Positions 19,258 to 29,586 of a DNA stretch of 64,000 nucleotides are shown here, in pieces. The notes under the pieces were generated by a model. The model worked only from the letters and a program-made list of their open reading frames with translations, made no database searches and was not told where the DNA came from. Numbering within the stretch: the stretch's first letter is position 1; each line of letters opens with the position of its first letter. Source of the DNA: Promethearchaeota archaeon (GTDB taxonomy: Archaea > Asgardarchaeota > Hermodarchaeia > Hermodarchaeales > Hermodarchaeaceae); NCBI GenBank assembly GCA_048938385.1, contig JBHLMG010000010.1:9785-73784 (forward strand). The letters run 5' to 3'. A program made the position numbers and the translations under genes.

Positions 19258-20448
19258 ATGACCTCAGAAAAAGTTGAAATTACCAAAGGCGTCTACTGGG
19301 TGGGTGCCATTGATTGGATGCTCCGTGACTTCCACGGACTCTGGACACCTAAAGGTGGTACCTATAACGCGTACCTGATCTTGGATGAGAAAATCACGCT
19401 TATCGACACCGTTGCTCCGAATTTTACAAATGAACTCTTAGACCGAATTCGCACCATCGTAGATCCCGCGAAAATCGATTACATCATCTGCCAACATGTG
19501 GAACCAGACCATTCCACGACCTATGCAGACATGATCAAGGTAGCACCAAAAGCGACAATTATCACTTCAAAACGGGGAGCAGAGTTCCTCAAACTAAACT
19601 ACCCCGGTGTCGAGTTCCCCTTACAAATCGTCGAAGATGGCGAAACCCTGAGTCTAGGCAAACGGAACCTCAAGTTCGTGCAAATCCCCATGGTCCATTG
19701 GCCCGAAACGATGGTAAGCTACATGCCAGAAGACCAGCTGCTTTTCAGCAATGACGCCTTTGGCATGCAAATTGCGACCCCCTATCGTTTCGCTGATCAA
19801 GTTGATGATTGGTATGAACCACTACGCGCTTACTACAGCTATATCGTGCGGTGGAATGCCCGAGCCGTTCTGAACGCCTTTAAGAAATTCGAAGGAGTCC
19901 CAGTTAAGATTATTGCGCCCTCGCATGGACCGATTTGGCGAAAAGACATTGAGAAGATTATGGAGATCTATTACCGCTGGTCCAGTAGTCCCGAAACGGA
20001 GCATGCCATCGTCGTCTATTCTACCATTTGGCAGAGCACTAAACAAATGGCGTATGCGATTCGAGAAGGAATATCAAGCGTAGGCGTTGCTGCAGATCTC
20101 TATAACCTAGAAGACGAAGTCTTCAGTCGCGTTCAAGGCGCGGCGATGGAAGCAAAAGCCGTGGTTGTGGGAGCCATGACCTACAACATCGATCCCTACT
20201 ATCCGACGGCAGCGTTCATGCCGTACCTAAAGCATTTACGCCCCGAGAATAAAATCGGTGCCGCCTTCGGATCCTATGGGTGGGGCGGTGGAGCCACGAA
20301 AGTCCTCACCGAGCAGTTGAAAGAGTACAAGTTTGGTGAAGTCTTAGAGCCATTGAATGTACAGTTCCGCCCGAATCAAGAAGACCTCCAACGGTGTTTC
20401 GAGTATGGACAAGAAATCGGACGGAAGGTAAAGGCAGCCTTCAAGTAG
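19258..20448 (+). CDS. fprA: flavodiiron protein (metallo-beta-lactamase + flavodoxin; F420H2 oxidase / O2-NO reductase type)
   Basis: Diiron motif CQHVEPDHS and a C-terminal flavodoxin-like domain (IVVYSTIWQST). I prefer the ATG at 19258, preceded by AGGAGGG, over the TTG at 19234. Confidence 0.8.
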   Translation: MTSEKVEITKGVYWVGAIDWMLRDFHGLWTPKGGTYNAYLILDEKITLIDTVAPNFTNELLDRIRTIVDPAKIDYIICQHVEPDHSTTYADMIKVAPKATIITSKRGAEFLKLNYPGVEFPLQIVEDGETLSLGKRNLKFVQIPMVHWPETMVSYMPEDQLLFSNDAFGMQIATPYRFADQVDDWYEPLRAYYSYIVRWNARAVLNAFKKFEGVPVKIIAPSHGPIWRKDIEKIMEIYYRWSSSPETEHAIVVYSTIWQSTKQMAYAIREGISSVGVAADLYNLEDEVFSRVQGAAMEAKAVVVGAMTYNIDPYYPTAAFMPYLKHLRPENKIGAAFGSYGWGGGATKVLTEQLKEYKFGEVLEPLNVQFRPNQEDLQRCFEYGQEIGRKVKAAFK

Positions 20449-20655
20449 TGCCCTTAATAGTAGTCGTTTAAAATCAATGACCACCTATGAAACCGTTAAA
20501 AAGAAACTGTAAGTAGTGGGTTCGTTTGTTACCCCTGCTGCATGAGAAACTTGGGGCATCGCCAAAGCCTCGGAGTCGAGAAGCAAAAGATTCAAAAGCC
20601 CCGACACAGCGGATGCGGTAACATTGCGACCCCCACCAGGAGGCACTGACACACC

Positions 20656-21705
20656 TTGCCAGAAGTAGGAATCTTAGGATACGGCGGATACATTCCCAAA
20701 TACCGCATCAAAGTCGAGGAGATTGCCCGCGTTTGGGGCAAAGATGGCAAAGCCATTGCCAGCGGATTAAGCCTACAAGAAAAGAGCGTCCCTGGACTCG
20801 ACGAAGACACCACAACCATCTCGGTCGAAGCAGCCCGTAACGCTTTAAAGTGTGCACAAATCAACCCAAACCGCATCGGCGCAATTTATGTGGGGTCCGA
20901 ATCCCATGTCTACGCAACCAAGCCAACAGGAACCGTGGTTGCAGAAGCCATTAACGCGCCGCACAGCTTGCAGTGCGCTGATTTTTCGTTTGCGTGTAAA
21001 GCAGGAACGGCCGCCATCCAGGTCTGTATTGGTCTTGTAAAATCCAAGGAAGTGGACATCGGACTCGCCATCGGATCAGACACCGCCCAATCCAAACCTG
21101 GTGACGCCCTTGAATACGCTGCAGCCGCTGGCGGAGCCGCTTTTCTGATTGGTGCTGATGACGACATGGTTGCCAGCTTTGAAGGAACCTACTCGTATAC
21201 CAGCGATACCCCCGACTTTTGGCGACGGGAAGGAACCGACTTCCCCGAGCATGGCTCACGATTCACGGGAAAACCTGCCTACTTCAGGCATGTCCATCAG
21301 GCCGCGATGGGTCTCTTTGCGAAAATGGGCACCAAAGCAAATGATTACAACTGGGGGGTCTTCCATTCGCCGAATGGGAAATTCCCACGTCGTGCAGCGA
21401 AGGATTTAGGCTTCAAAGAAGACCAGATCAAACCCTCCCTTATCGTCGATTATGTGGGGAATACCTATGCAGGGAGTTCTCCTCTGGGACTTGCAGCAAC
21501 CCTTGATATTGCAAAACCTGGCCAGAAAATTTTGGTTGTGTCTTACGGATCTGGTGCAGGAAGCGATGCCTTCCATATCGAAGTCCACAAACCTATCGAA
21601 GAAAAACGAAAACGGAAACCCATGGTGGAAGACTACATCACAGACAAAGTCTATGTAGATTATGCACAGTATGCGAAGCACCGACGCACCATCAAAGTGG
21701 AGTAG
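20656..21705 (+). CDS. hydroxymethylglutaryl-CoA synthase (archaeal type)
   Basis: [16 protein letters not shown]-terminus and catalytic-Cys region [12 protein letters not shown]. 349 aa. Immediately upstream of the thiolase and DUF35 genes. TTG start preceded by CAGGAGG. Confidence 0.85.
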   Translation: MPEVGILGYGGYIPKYRIKVEEIARVWGKDGKAIASGLSLQEKSVPGLDEDTTTISVEAARNALKCAQINPNRIGAIYVGSESHVYATKPTGTVVAEAINAPHSLQCADFSFACKAGTAAIQVCIGLVKSKEVDIGLAIGSDTAQSKPGDALEYAAAAGGAAFLIGADDDMVASFEGTYSYTSDTPDFWRREGTDFPEHGSRFTGKPAYFRHVHQAAMGLFAKMGTKANDYNWGVFHSPNGKFPRRAAKDLGFKEDQIKPSLIVDYVGNTYAGSSPLGLAATLDIAKPGQKILVVSYGSGAGSDAFHIEVHKPIEEKRKRKPMVEDYITDKVYVDYAQYAKHRRTIKVE

Positions 21706-21711
21706 AAGCAA

Positions 21712-22893
21712 ATGACAGAAACAATTCCGATCAAGGATCGCGTCGCCATTATTGGTGTAGGTCAAACAGCATTTGGCGAACAATGGGACCGTAGTATTCG
21801 ACGCATCACCTTAACCGCTGCCACCGCCTGTCTGGCAGACGCTGGTGTGGGTGGTGATGACATCGATGGCCTCTATGTTAGCAACACCTCAACAAGCTCG
21901 TTCATTCAACAAGAGCATCAAGCGGCCATGGCAGCAGACTCTGGGGGTCTCCTTCCAGTGGCGTCCACGGAGGTTGAAGCGGCTTGCGCAAGTGGTGGCG
22001 TTGCCGTTCGCCATGCTTACATGGCCGTGAAATCCAAGGAACATGAAGTTGTAATGGTCATTGGTTGCGAAAAGATGAGCGACATCTCCGAAGCAGCCAT
22101 CGCTGATACCCTCATGAGCGCAGCTGACCGTGAATGGGAGGGACAAGTAGGAGCCACATTCCCCGCACTCTTTGCATTGCTAGCTCAACGCCACATGTAT
22201 AATTTTGGAACTACCGAAGAGCAGCTAGCTGCTCCAGCAGTTAAAGCTCATGCCAACGCGGTGGATAATCCTTACGCGCAATTCCGCTTCAAAATCACTC
22301 CTGAAGCTGTCATGCGAAGTCCTATTGTAGCTGACCCAATCCGGGTCTTACATTGTGCCCCCATCTCCGATGGCGCAGCAGCCCTTATTTTATGTCGCGG
22401 CGACTTGGTCGATAAATTTGAAGGCGACCCCATTTGGGTGGATGCCTCCACCCAAGCATCAGACACTCTAGCCGTACACGACCGTCCCCATATCACACGA
22501 TTCAACGCAGTTATAAGCGCCGCGAAAAAAGCCTTCACTAAACTTGACATGAAACCTAAAGAAGTCGATATCGCAGAAGTGCATGATTCTTTCAGTATTA
22601 GCGAAATCATATCAGTCGAAGACCTTGGCTTCGTGGAGAAAGGAAAAGGTGGAAAAGCTATTCAAGAGGGATTCTTCAACAAGGATGGTACAATTCCCGT
22701 CAATGTGAGTGGAGGATTGAAAGCCAAAGGTCATCCCGTAGGTGCCACAGGAATAGCTCAAGTTGGAGAAATTGTTGAACAGTTACGCGGAACTGCTGGT
22801 AAACGCCAAGTAAAAGGCGTCAAGCGCGGTTTAACCCTCAACCTCGGAGGAACCGGCTCCACTGCCGTAGTCCATATTCTCAATCGTGAATAA
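21712..22893 (+). CDS. acetyl-CoA C-acetyltransferase (archaeal thiolase)
   Basis: 393 aa. Thiolase-fold motifs are EAACASGG (active-site Cys), VHDSFSI and GHPVGATG. Starts 6 nt after the HMGCS stop. Confidence 0.85.
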   Translation: MTETIPIKDRVAIIGVGQTAFGEQWDRSIRRITLTAATACLADAGVGGDDIDGLYVSNTSTSSFIQQEHQAAMAADSGGLLPVASTEVEAACASGGVAVRHAYMAVKSKEHEVVMVIGCEKMSDISEAAIADTLMSAADREWEGQVGATFPALFALLAQRHMYNFGTTEEQLAAPAVKAHANAVDNPYAQFRFKITPEAVMRSPIVADPIRVLHCAPISDGAAALILCRGDLVDKFEGDPIWVDASTQASDTLAVHDRPHITRFNAVISAAKKAFTKLDMKPKEVDIAEVHDSFSISEIISVEDLGFVEKGKGGKAIQEGFFNKDGTIPVNVSGGLKAKGHPVGATGIAQVGEIVEQLRGTAGKRQVKGVKRGLTLNLGGTGSTAVVHILNRE

Positions 22894-22910
22894 AATGAAA
22901 GGTGAACTTG

Positions 22911-23507
22911 ATGTCTGATCAAAGCGTACCCATGCTATGGCGACGAATCAAACAGGTCTATAACCTTGTAGGTCGACGATGCCGTACTTGCGATACCAAA
23001 TACTTTCCCCCTATCCCCTTGTGCCCGAAGTGTCGACGTAGAAGCGACCTCGTGGACCATCAATTTTCTGGGTTAGGCAAGGTTTATTCTTACACCATCG
23101 TGCACGATCCCCCTGCGGGCTTCAAGGATTTAGCACCTTATGTCTTAGCCCTTGTTCGTCTCGATGAAGGCCCTCTCGTCCTCTCACAGATAGTGGATAT
23201 TGATCCCGATAACCTCAAAATTGGAATGAGCGTCCAAGTGGTGTTTCGTCGGCTAGGTGATGCAGGGCGTACTGGTGTTTTGCGTTATGCCTACAAGTTT
23301 CGACCACTCCCTGAATACGCTACTGGTTATGTTATTGCCACTATTGAAGGTGAAGAAGGCGTCGCGCATTTAGAGGTTCCCATGGAAGAACGCAAGCGCA
23401 GTTCAGTTCGGCGAGTGCTTCGAGAAGCAGCTGATAGGGCAAAAAAACGATTTCGTCGACAAAAGAATGAGACCGAAGCACCAGCTGATGAAGAAAGTAA
23501 AGAATGA
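22911..23507 (+). CDS. DUF35 Zn-ribbon/OB-fold protein (thiolase-HMGCS scaffold) with C-terminal basic extension
   Basis: CRTC-x12-CPKC zinc ribbon followed by an OB fold (GKVYSYTIVH...). I prefer the ATG at 22911, after AAAGGTGA, over the GTG at 22902. About 65 extra charged residues at the C-terminus. Confidence 0.75.
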   Translation: MSDQSVPMLWRRIKQVYNLVGRRCRTCDTKYFPPIPLCPKCRRRSDLVDHQFSGLGKVYSYTIVHDPPAGFKDLAPYVLALVRLDEGPLVLSQIVDIDPDNLKIGMSVQVVFRRLGDAGRTGVLRYAYKFRPLPEYATGYVIATIEGEEGVAHLEVPMEERKRSSVRRVLREAADRAKKRFRRQKNETEAPADEESKE

Positions 23508-23631
23508 TCCTTCGCCTTGGCTCATTGTTGGTTGACTCTGCAACCACGCGATTTATAAGAGCAAATGATATGGAAGGTCCCCTCAGCATAAAGCATCCAG
23601 CTTCATTTCGTGCCCTGCTTGGGGTTGTGTT

Positions 23632-26028
23632 ATGTCTCGTCGACAGCAACGCGTTTTCACTTGTAAGAACATGATAATCATCATGATTTCAGCCTTAATC
23701 TTAGGCATCATGTTTAGCGTCATGCCATGGATACAACCGAATGGCGGATTGTGGCAGGATATCCATTGGGCAAACCTTCCACCCTATTCCAGCCATACAA
23801 TTCCAGGACTAGATGATGAAGTTCGAATTATCCGGGATCAGTGGGGCGTTCCCCACATTTTTGGCAACAGCCTTAACGACACCTATTTCGCGTGCGGTTA
23901 TACTCACGCACAAGATCGCCTCTTCCAATTGGATCTCACCCGTCGAATAGCAAAAGGCCGTCTTTCAGAACTCTTTGGTCCTCTCTATGAAGATTTAGAT
24001 GTGTATCACAAGCAACTTAGTTTTAATCAAGCCGCCAGCGCCTCCGAAACTTTGCTGGATTCTACGGTGCTGGGTTTATTGCAGCGGTATGCGGATGGTA
24101 TTAACACTTACATGAGTAGTATTGGCACCAAAGTGCCCGTGGAATTCCGGCTCATTGGCTACTTCCCTGCACCATGGACCGTTCTCGATACACTAACCAT
24201 TGAACGCTACCTCGCTTGGCAGCTCTCCGAAAATAACGCCTTCAATGATCTCCAAATGGCCAGCCTTATTGACACTTATGGAGCTAACCTGGTGTTTCGT
24301 GACCTGTTTCCAGAAACACATTACAATGATCAACCAACCGTTCCGTCACCCACGCCTGAAATTCTCGCAGCTGCGCGTACCCTTGCTGAAGAAGTACAAC
24401 AGCTCCAGCGAACCAATCCCTTTACCACGACATTGGCTCCGGGAAGTAACTGCTGGGTTGTAAATGGATCCCATACCACTACTGGATACCCCATCCTTGC
24501 AAGCGACCCCCACTTTGCTTTGAAACTTCCTTCTGTTTGGTATGAAATCCACCTGATTGCCCCGGGGCACAATGTGCAAGGCGTCACCTACCCTGGTATC
24601 CCCTTCATCTATCAAGGACATAACCCTGACATCGGGTGGGCATGGACCAGCATGCAATCGGATGTAACCGATTTTTACTACTACGCTTGGAATCCAAGTC
24701 AACCCGATCAATATTGGTGGCAGGGAGGGTGGCAAACCATCCAAACCCGGAGCACTACCATTGGCACGAAAACGGTTACCTTGAATTACACCGTCCATGG
24801 ACCTCTGTTCACTGAGGCCACGGGTCGATTTGCCCTCAAATGGACCGGGTACAACGGGTCACAGACCCTTGTAGCCCTTTACTCATTAGCCCTAGTAACG
24901 GATCACACAGAATTCCTTTCAGCCATAAGCTTGATTGAGTGTCCCAACCTCAACTTCCTCTACGCCGATACTAGCGGAAATATCGCCTACCACGCTACCG
25001 GTGCCCATCCCATACGCGCGCCAGGTCTAGGACCAGCGCTGCACAACGGCTCGGCAGGAACAGACGAGTGGCAAGGCTTCATCCCTTTTACGAGCCTCCC
25101 CAACAGCTCAAACCCGACCACCGGATATCTGATCAGTGCTAATAACAAGCCAGTCAATGCGAGTTATCCCTATTACCTAGGATACAACTTTGCCCCCGCT
25201 CACCGAGCCAACCGGATTACTGAACTAGTAAATGTTACTGGTCTTCATTCACTCACGGATATGGGTCAGATTCAACAGGACGCCTTTTCATTGCATGCAC
25301 TCGCAATTAAAGACATCATTGCTACTGTAATCCTCGCACAGGTCTCAGCGTCTTCAAACCCTGTAGCACATGCAGCTGCAACAGCACTCCAAAGTTGGAA
25401 TGGCGAGATGACTACTGACAGCGTAGCTGCCACAATTTGGGCGAGTTTTTCATTAAAGTTCCGTAACGAAACCTTCTACGATGAGTATGCACAAGCAGGA
25501 ATCTCGGAAGGATTTTTACCTGGAGTGACAGTTTTGGAAAACTTTACACAAATAGATTATGGACTATGGTTTAACAATACCCTCCTTCCTGGAACTCAAA
25601 CCCGCGATGACATCGTCCTTTCTAGTTTTTTGGCTACCGTTGATGAACTGACCACCAACCTCGGTGCTGATGTAAACGCCTGGCAATACTATCGCGTCCA
25701 TGTACTCTGGATGCAGCATCCCCTCGCTGAAGCTCTTCCCTACATGAGTGCCCCCCTATATCCTATTGATGGGAGCTCGTATACTGTCAACTACGCCCCA
25801 GGATTTCTGGTAGATAACGGCGCAGCTTACCGGATGCTGCTAGACTTCCAAGATTTTGATCACTCATTAGCCGTGATTGCGGGTGGACACCGGGCAAATG
25901 TGTACAGCACCCATTACTTGAACCAATTAACCCTATGGGTTACTGGTGACTACCACCCTTTACCCTTCCCCACCATGATCTCCGAGCTGACTGATTATGC
26001 GTCAATCGTCCACTTATTACCCGCGTGA
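23632..26028 (+). CDS. penicillin acylase family (S45 Ntn-hydrolase) protein, membrane-anchored/secreted
   Basis: N-terminal hydrophobic anchor. GYTHAQDRLFQLD in the alpha-chain region. Processing/nucleophile site is LAPG|SNCWVVNGSHTTTGYPILASDPH. Confidence 0.85.
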   Translation: MSRRQQRVFTCKNMIIIMISALILGIMFSVMPWIQPNGGLWQDIHWANLPPYSSHTIPGLDDEVRIIRDQWGVPHIFGNSLNDTYFACGYTHAQDRLFQLDLTRRIAKGRLSELFGPLYEDLDVYHKQLSFNQAASASETLLDSTVLGLLQRYADGINTYMSSIGTKVPVEFRLIGYFPAPWTVLDTLTIERYLAWQLSENNAFNDLQMASLIDTYGANLVFRDLFPETHYNDQPTVPSPTPEILAAARTLAEEVQQLQRTNPFTTTLAPGSNCWVVNGSHTTTGYPILASDPHFALKLPSVWYEIHLIAPGHNVQGVTYPGIPFIYQGHNPDIGWAWTSMQSDVTDFYYYAWNPSQPDQYWWQGGWQTIQTRSTTIGTKTVTLNYTVHGPLFTEATGRFALKWTGYNGSQTLVALYSLALVTDHTEFLSAISLIECPNLNFLYADTSGNIAYHATGAHPIRAPGLGPALHNGSAGTDEWQGFIPFTSLPNSSNPTTGYLISANNKPVNASYPYYLGYNFAPAHRANRITELVNVTGLHSLTDMGQIQQDAFSLHALAIKDIIATVILAQVSASSNPVAHAAATALQSWNGEMTTDSVAATIWASFSLKFRNETFYDEYAQAGISEGFLPGVTVLENFTQIDYGLWFNNTLLPGTQTRDDIVLSSFLATVDELTTNLGADVNAWQYYRVHVLWMQHPLAEALPYMSAPLYPIDGSSYTVNYAPGFLVDNGAAYRMLLDFQDFDHSLAVIAGGHRANVYSTHYLNQLTLWVTGDYHPLPFPTMISELTDYASIVHLLPA

Positions 26029-26049
26029 ATACCTTCGAGGTGAAATACC

Positions 26050-26550
26050 ATGTCCATGAAAAATCCAATGGAGAATTTCCGTGCAATTTTGCGTCAAACC
26101 CACCATCCTATCATTGGATTTGTCGTTTGCTTCATCCTCGCCTTTTTCATCCAACTCACCGGATTTGGTATTGGCATCGTAATCGCGGGTATCATTACAG
26201 GGATTTTAGTCAAAAATACCTATAAGGCAATCCTTGCCGCGTTTCTCGCGGGATTCGGTGTCTGGCTCTCTTTGTTTGGCATCATGCTTGCATTTAACAC
26301 TCAAGCGTTCATCAACGCCTGGATCGTTCTCTCGTTACAAATTCCCGCCCCACAACTTTTTGTAGCTCTTATTGGAGGCGTTGTCACCGGTGTGGGAGCA
26401 CAACTTGGCACCATGTTTGCCGAGATTGCGTACCGTCCCCCAGACGATTTGGGACTCCCACCTGCAGCGACAGAACGCGTACCGACTAAAGAACTTCCTC
26501 GACGCAAGCGCGTAAAACGCAAACGAGTGAAGAAGAAGCGAAAATCCTAA
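26050..26550 (+). CDS. membrane protein with basic C-terminal tail
   Basis: Four hydrophobic helices and a KRVKRKRVKKKRKS tail. ATG is preceded by GAGGTGA. Confidence 0.55.
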   Translation: MSMKNPMENFRAILRQTHHPIIGFVVCFILAFFIQLTGFGIGIVIAGIITGILVKNTYKAILAAFLAGFGVWLSLFGIMLAFNTQAFINAWIVLSLQIPAPQLFVALIGGVVTGVGAQLGTMFAEIAYRPPDDLGLPPAATERVPTKELPRRKRVKRKRVKKKRKS

Positions 26551-26631
26551 GACTTCTACACGCTTTACCCACTGTGCAGTATTAGGAAGATACTAATAGG
26601 AAAATCGTGGTGACCTTCGCAGGTTTCTAAC

Positions 26632-27258
26632 ATGACCCCTGCGAACACCAGCACCCCATCCACCAGGGACTCATATGAGAAGGTCCAGGAACTCACACAA
26701 CTTCTAACCAGCCCACATCAGGACATTCGGCGCCAAGCCATCAAAAGTTTGGGTCAGTTGGGATCGGAAGCCATGAGTGCCCTTCCACTGTTGCGTGACG
26801 CGTTACAGGATTCCAACTTCGTAATTCGTTTGGAAGCGGCTATTGCTGTCGGTTTCATTGGCTCCAAAAAGGATACAGAATTTTTGGTTCCCCTGTTAGA
26901 TGACGAAAATGAAGCGGTCCGGTTTCAGGCCATTAGCGCTATAGCTTTTCTGTGTGATTCAAAAGTAGCACCTGAACTAATTAAGCGGTATGAGGCGGAA
27001 ACACCGCACATCCGGGACCAAATTCTTCGAGCCTTGGGACATCTCAGGGGAAAGGAAGCCTATGCGTTGTTGAAACGGGAATTAAAGGCAGACGATCCCA
27101 CAGTGCGCACTGGAGCTGTTGTAGGATTGAGTTTCTATGGAGATGTGAAGGTTTGTTCTCTGCTGCAGGAAATAGCTGAAAACGACCCAGATGACCTCGT
27201 TGCACATGAAGCCCGGATAGCCGTGCTTCAACTCCAGTATGGACGTAAACTGGATTAA
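26632..27258 (+). CDS. HEAT-repeat (PBS-lyase-type) protein
   Basis: Repeated ~31-aa units: D..VR..A..ALG.LG ... L...L.D.N..VR..A. Examples are DIRRQAIKSLGQLG, NFVIRLEAAIAVGFIG, NEAVRFQAISAIAFL, PHIRDQILRALGHL and PTVRTGAVVGLS. Confidence 0.7.
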   Translation: MTPANTSTPSTRDSYEKVQELTQLLTSPHQDIRRQAIKSLGQLGSEAMSALPLLRDALQDSNFVIRLEAAIAVGFIGSKKDTEFLVPLLDDENEAVRFQAISAIAFLCDSKVAPELIKRYEAETPHIRDQILRALGHLRGKEAYALLKRELKADDPTVRTGAVVGLSFYGDVKVCSLLQEIAENDPDDLVAHEARIAVLQLQYGRKLD

Positions 27259-27327
27259 TTCGTGTTGTTTTGTTAAAAAAGAAAAAGATGGGAAGCACCC
27301 GAAGGTACTTCCTTGAAACGAGCTACA

Positions 27328-27945
27328 TTAGATGGGAAGGAAAGAAAGAATTCCTCCAGGGAAGAAGATAATGAGCGCGGCTTGTACAATTCCTAGAATT
27401 GCAAGGACGAGGGTTACGGGTTTTGATGCGAGGATGTAAGCAAAGGTTTTGATGAGGTCTTCTATCCATTTCAGGGATAAGAAAATGAAGAGCCCAACAA
27501 CGAGGAAAAATCCAATGACTACCCACCGGAAATCAAAGGGAATTAGAGCCACAATCCAGGGGGGCGTGAAGAAGGCTATCACAGCAGCAATAACTATAGC
27601 GATGATAAACGCGACTAATGCTGCCCAGGGTATTTTCGCCACCGGCGCAATCAATAAGACGAAGCCAATAATGCCTAGAAGTACTAAAGTCAAGGTATCA
27701 GTATAAGGGCTTGGCACCAAGCCACTTACTGAGGCAATGAGCGTAGCGAAACAGACAATTCCAACAGCCATTCCAAGAAATTGGAGGAATTTAACAATAG
27801 CCTGGAAAAAGTCTGTGATATCAAGTCCCTTTTTTTCCCGCGCCCGTAAAATTGCATCAAGAATCCACGATCCTGTGATGAATGCGGCAAATCCGAGGAT
27901 GCTTGGAGTCAGAATTACGAGGTATTGTACGATTATGTCTATCAC
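27328..27945 (-). CDS. polytopic membrane protein, unknown function
   Basis: 205 aa, ~6 hydrophobic helices. No family recognised. Confidence 0.55.
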   Translation of the reverse strand: MIDIIVQYLVILTPSILGFAAFITGSWILDAILRAREKKGLDITDFFQAIVKFLQFLGMAVGIVCFATLIASVSGLVPSPYTDTLTLVLLGIIGFVLLIAPVAKIPWAALVAFIIAIVIAAVIAFFTPPWIVALIPFDFRWVVIGFFLVVGLFIFLSLKWIEDLIKTFAYILASKPVTLVLAILGIVQAALIIFFPGGILSFLPI

Positions 27946-28071
27946 GACGCAACCACCTGTGTTATCCTGTGGTTTTTCGGGAAAAAAGCCTTATGTCAAC
28001 TTACGCGGTAGGGTTGTAGGTTAACGGAAAAATAATGGGGGCGGAGGATCTTGCCTCGCCAAATTCCCCTC

Positions 28072-28314
28072 TTATGCGGCTTGACTATCGAGGAGTTGCT
28101 TCCCCTTATCGGTTAAGTCAAACCAGACATGGTAGACACCACGTCGTTCATTAATGAGGCCGACCTGGGTCAGACGCTTTAGATGATAAGCAGCAGTCGA
28201 TGTAGGAATGTTGAGATCTTTGGCAATTTCTCGAAGGAACGCTTTGTCCTTGGAGAGCTTGAACAAGATCCGCCTCCGGGTGCTGTGTTGTAGAGCTTCT
28301 GTTTTGGATAGCAT
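28072..28314 (-). CDS. ArsR-family winged-helix transcription regulator
   Basis: 80 aa. RRRILFKLSKDKAFLREIAKDLNIPTSTAAYHLKRLTQVGLI is an ArsR/SmtB-type HTH. Confidence 0.7.
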   Translation of the reverse strand: MLSKTEALQHSTRRRILFKLSKDKAFLREIAKDLNIPTSTAAYHLKRLTQVGLINERRGVYHVWFDLTDKGKQLLDSQAA

Positions 28315-28324
28315 AATCTTAACC

Positions 28325-28347
28325 GTGTTAATTATTTACTTAAACAC
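28325..28347. promoter_or_regulatory. imperfect inverted repeat in divergent ArsR / ABC-permease intergenic region (possible operator)
   Basis: GTGTTAAttatttacTTAAACAC, followed by ATATATAAGC (TATA-like). Lies between divergent genes. Confidence 0.2.
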
Positions 28348-28555
28348 ATATATAAGCATTTTCGTTTGCACTAATAATCACCTAGACAAACGCATTCCCA
28401 TCTAAACAAGCAAACGCAAAACGAATGAGATACCGTTCAAAAACCTTGAACAGGGTGTTCTAAGCCGTAGGATAAAGAGCTATCACACACCTTAATCTAT
28501 GAGCCCGACTTGCACTCAACAGGCCTAAAGCAATGTACTGCGAGGTAATTAACAC

Positions 28556-29536
28556 ATGACTCTTCGTGAATTTGTTCTCCGACGAGTTATCAACAGTGTC
28601 ATTCTCGTTCTTGGAGCCATCGTCTTCAATTTCTTCGTCTTTAGAATGATGCCAGGTGATCCTGTTGCGATTCTTATCAGCCCCACAATGATAGGAGGCC
28701 AAGCCGATCTAGCTGAGGCTCTTCGAAGGATGTGGGGATTAGATCAACCCATGCATGTACAGTTTGCCTTATACATACAGAACATGCTCACTTTCAACTT
28801 CGGTAATTCTTTCACTGAGGGATTTCGCCCCGTCATTGAATCTATTGCAGCCCGTCTTCCAAACACCCTCCTCCTCATGGGCACAGCTGCAGTGCTCACC
28901 ATCATAATGGGCGTGGTCACGGGTATTAGTGCTGCAGCCAAGCGTGGAGGGAAAACGGACATGAGCCTAGTAATCAGCGCATTAACCTTCTATTCCATTC
29001 CGACCTTCTGGCTGGGAATGATGTTTATCATGCTTCTTGGCTTCTTCATCCCCATCTTTCCGTTAGGTGGAACTGTCTCGGTTCCAATTCCGGAAGATCC
29101 ACTGGCTTATGCGGTATCAGTTGGCCATCATCTCTTCCTGCCAGCTCTGACGCTGGCCTTAGTGTCTTATGGAGGCTATATGCTCGTAATGCGTAACAGC
29201 CTCATCGATGTCCTCACCGAAGATTACATCGTGACCGCCCGCGCGAAGGGCGTCGATGAACGAAATGTTCTCTACAAACACGCCTTACGCAACGCCATCC
29301 TTCCTCTTGTCACGATGATCGCGTTGACTTTTGGATTCCTCATTACGGGTGCGACATTAACTGAGACTGTTTTCAATTGGTACGGGCTCGGGCGACTCAT
29401 CTTCGATTCCGTCATGCTACAAAATTACCCTGTCCTCCAGGCCATCTTCTATATCATGGCCTTAACGGTCATCGTAGCCAATTTCATCGCTGACCTCTTG
29501 TATGGTTTTCTAGATCCTCGCGTCCGATACGACTAG
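28556..29536 (+). CDS. ABC transporter permease, peptide/nickel (DppB/OppB) family
   Basis: 326 aa. N-terminus is RRVINSVILVLGAIVFNFFVFRMMPGDP. EAA-like loop is YIVTARAKGVDERNVLYKHALRNAILP. Confidence 0.85.
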   Translation: MTLREFVLRRVINSVILVLGAIVFNFFVFRMMPGDPVAILISPTMIGGQADLAEALRRMWGLDQPMHVQFALYIQNMLTFNFGNSFTEGFRPVIESIAARLPNTLLLMGTAAVLTIIMGVVTGISAAAKRGGKTDMSLVISALTFYSIPTFWLGMMFIMLLGFFIPIFPLGGTVSVPIPEDPLAYAVSVGHHLFLPALTLALVSYGGYMLVMRNSLIDVLTEDYIVTARAKGVDERNVLYKHALRNAILPLVTMIALTFGFLITGATLTETVFNWYGLGRLIFDSVMLQNYPVLQAIFYIMALTVIVANFIADLLYGFLDPRVRYD

Positions 29537-29562
29537 AAGAAGGCACCTTCCAAACAAACCTC

Positions 29563-29586
29563 GAAGGGCGGGTTTCCCCGCCCTTC
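29563..29586 (+). terminator. stem-loop after the permease gene
   Basis: Perfect 10-bp stem GAAGGGCGGG / CCCGCCCTTC with a TTTC loop, 27 nt after the stop, followed by a T-containing tract (ACTACTAATTTTC). Confidence 0.5.
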
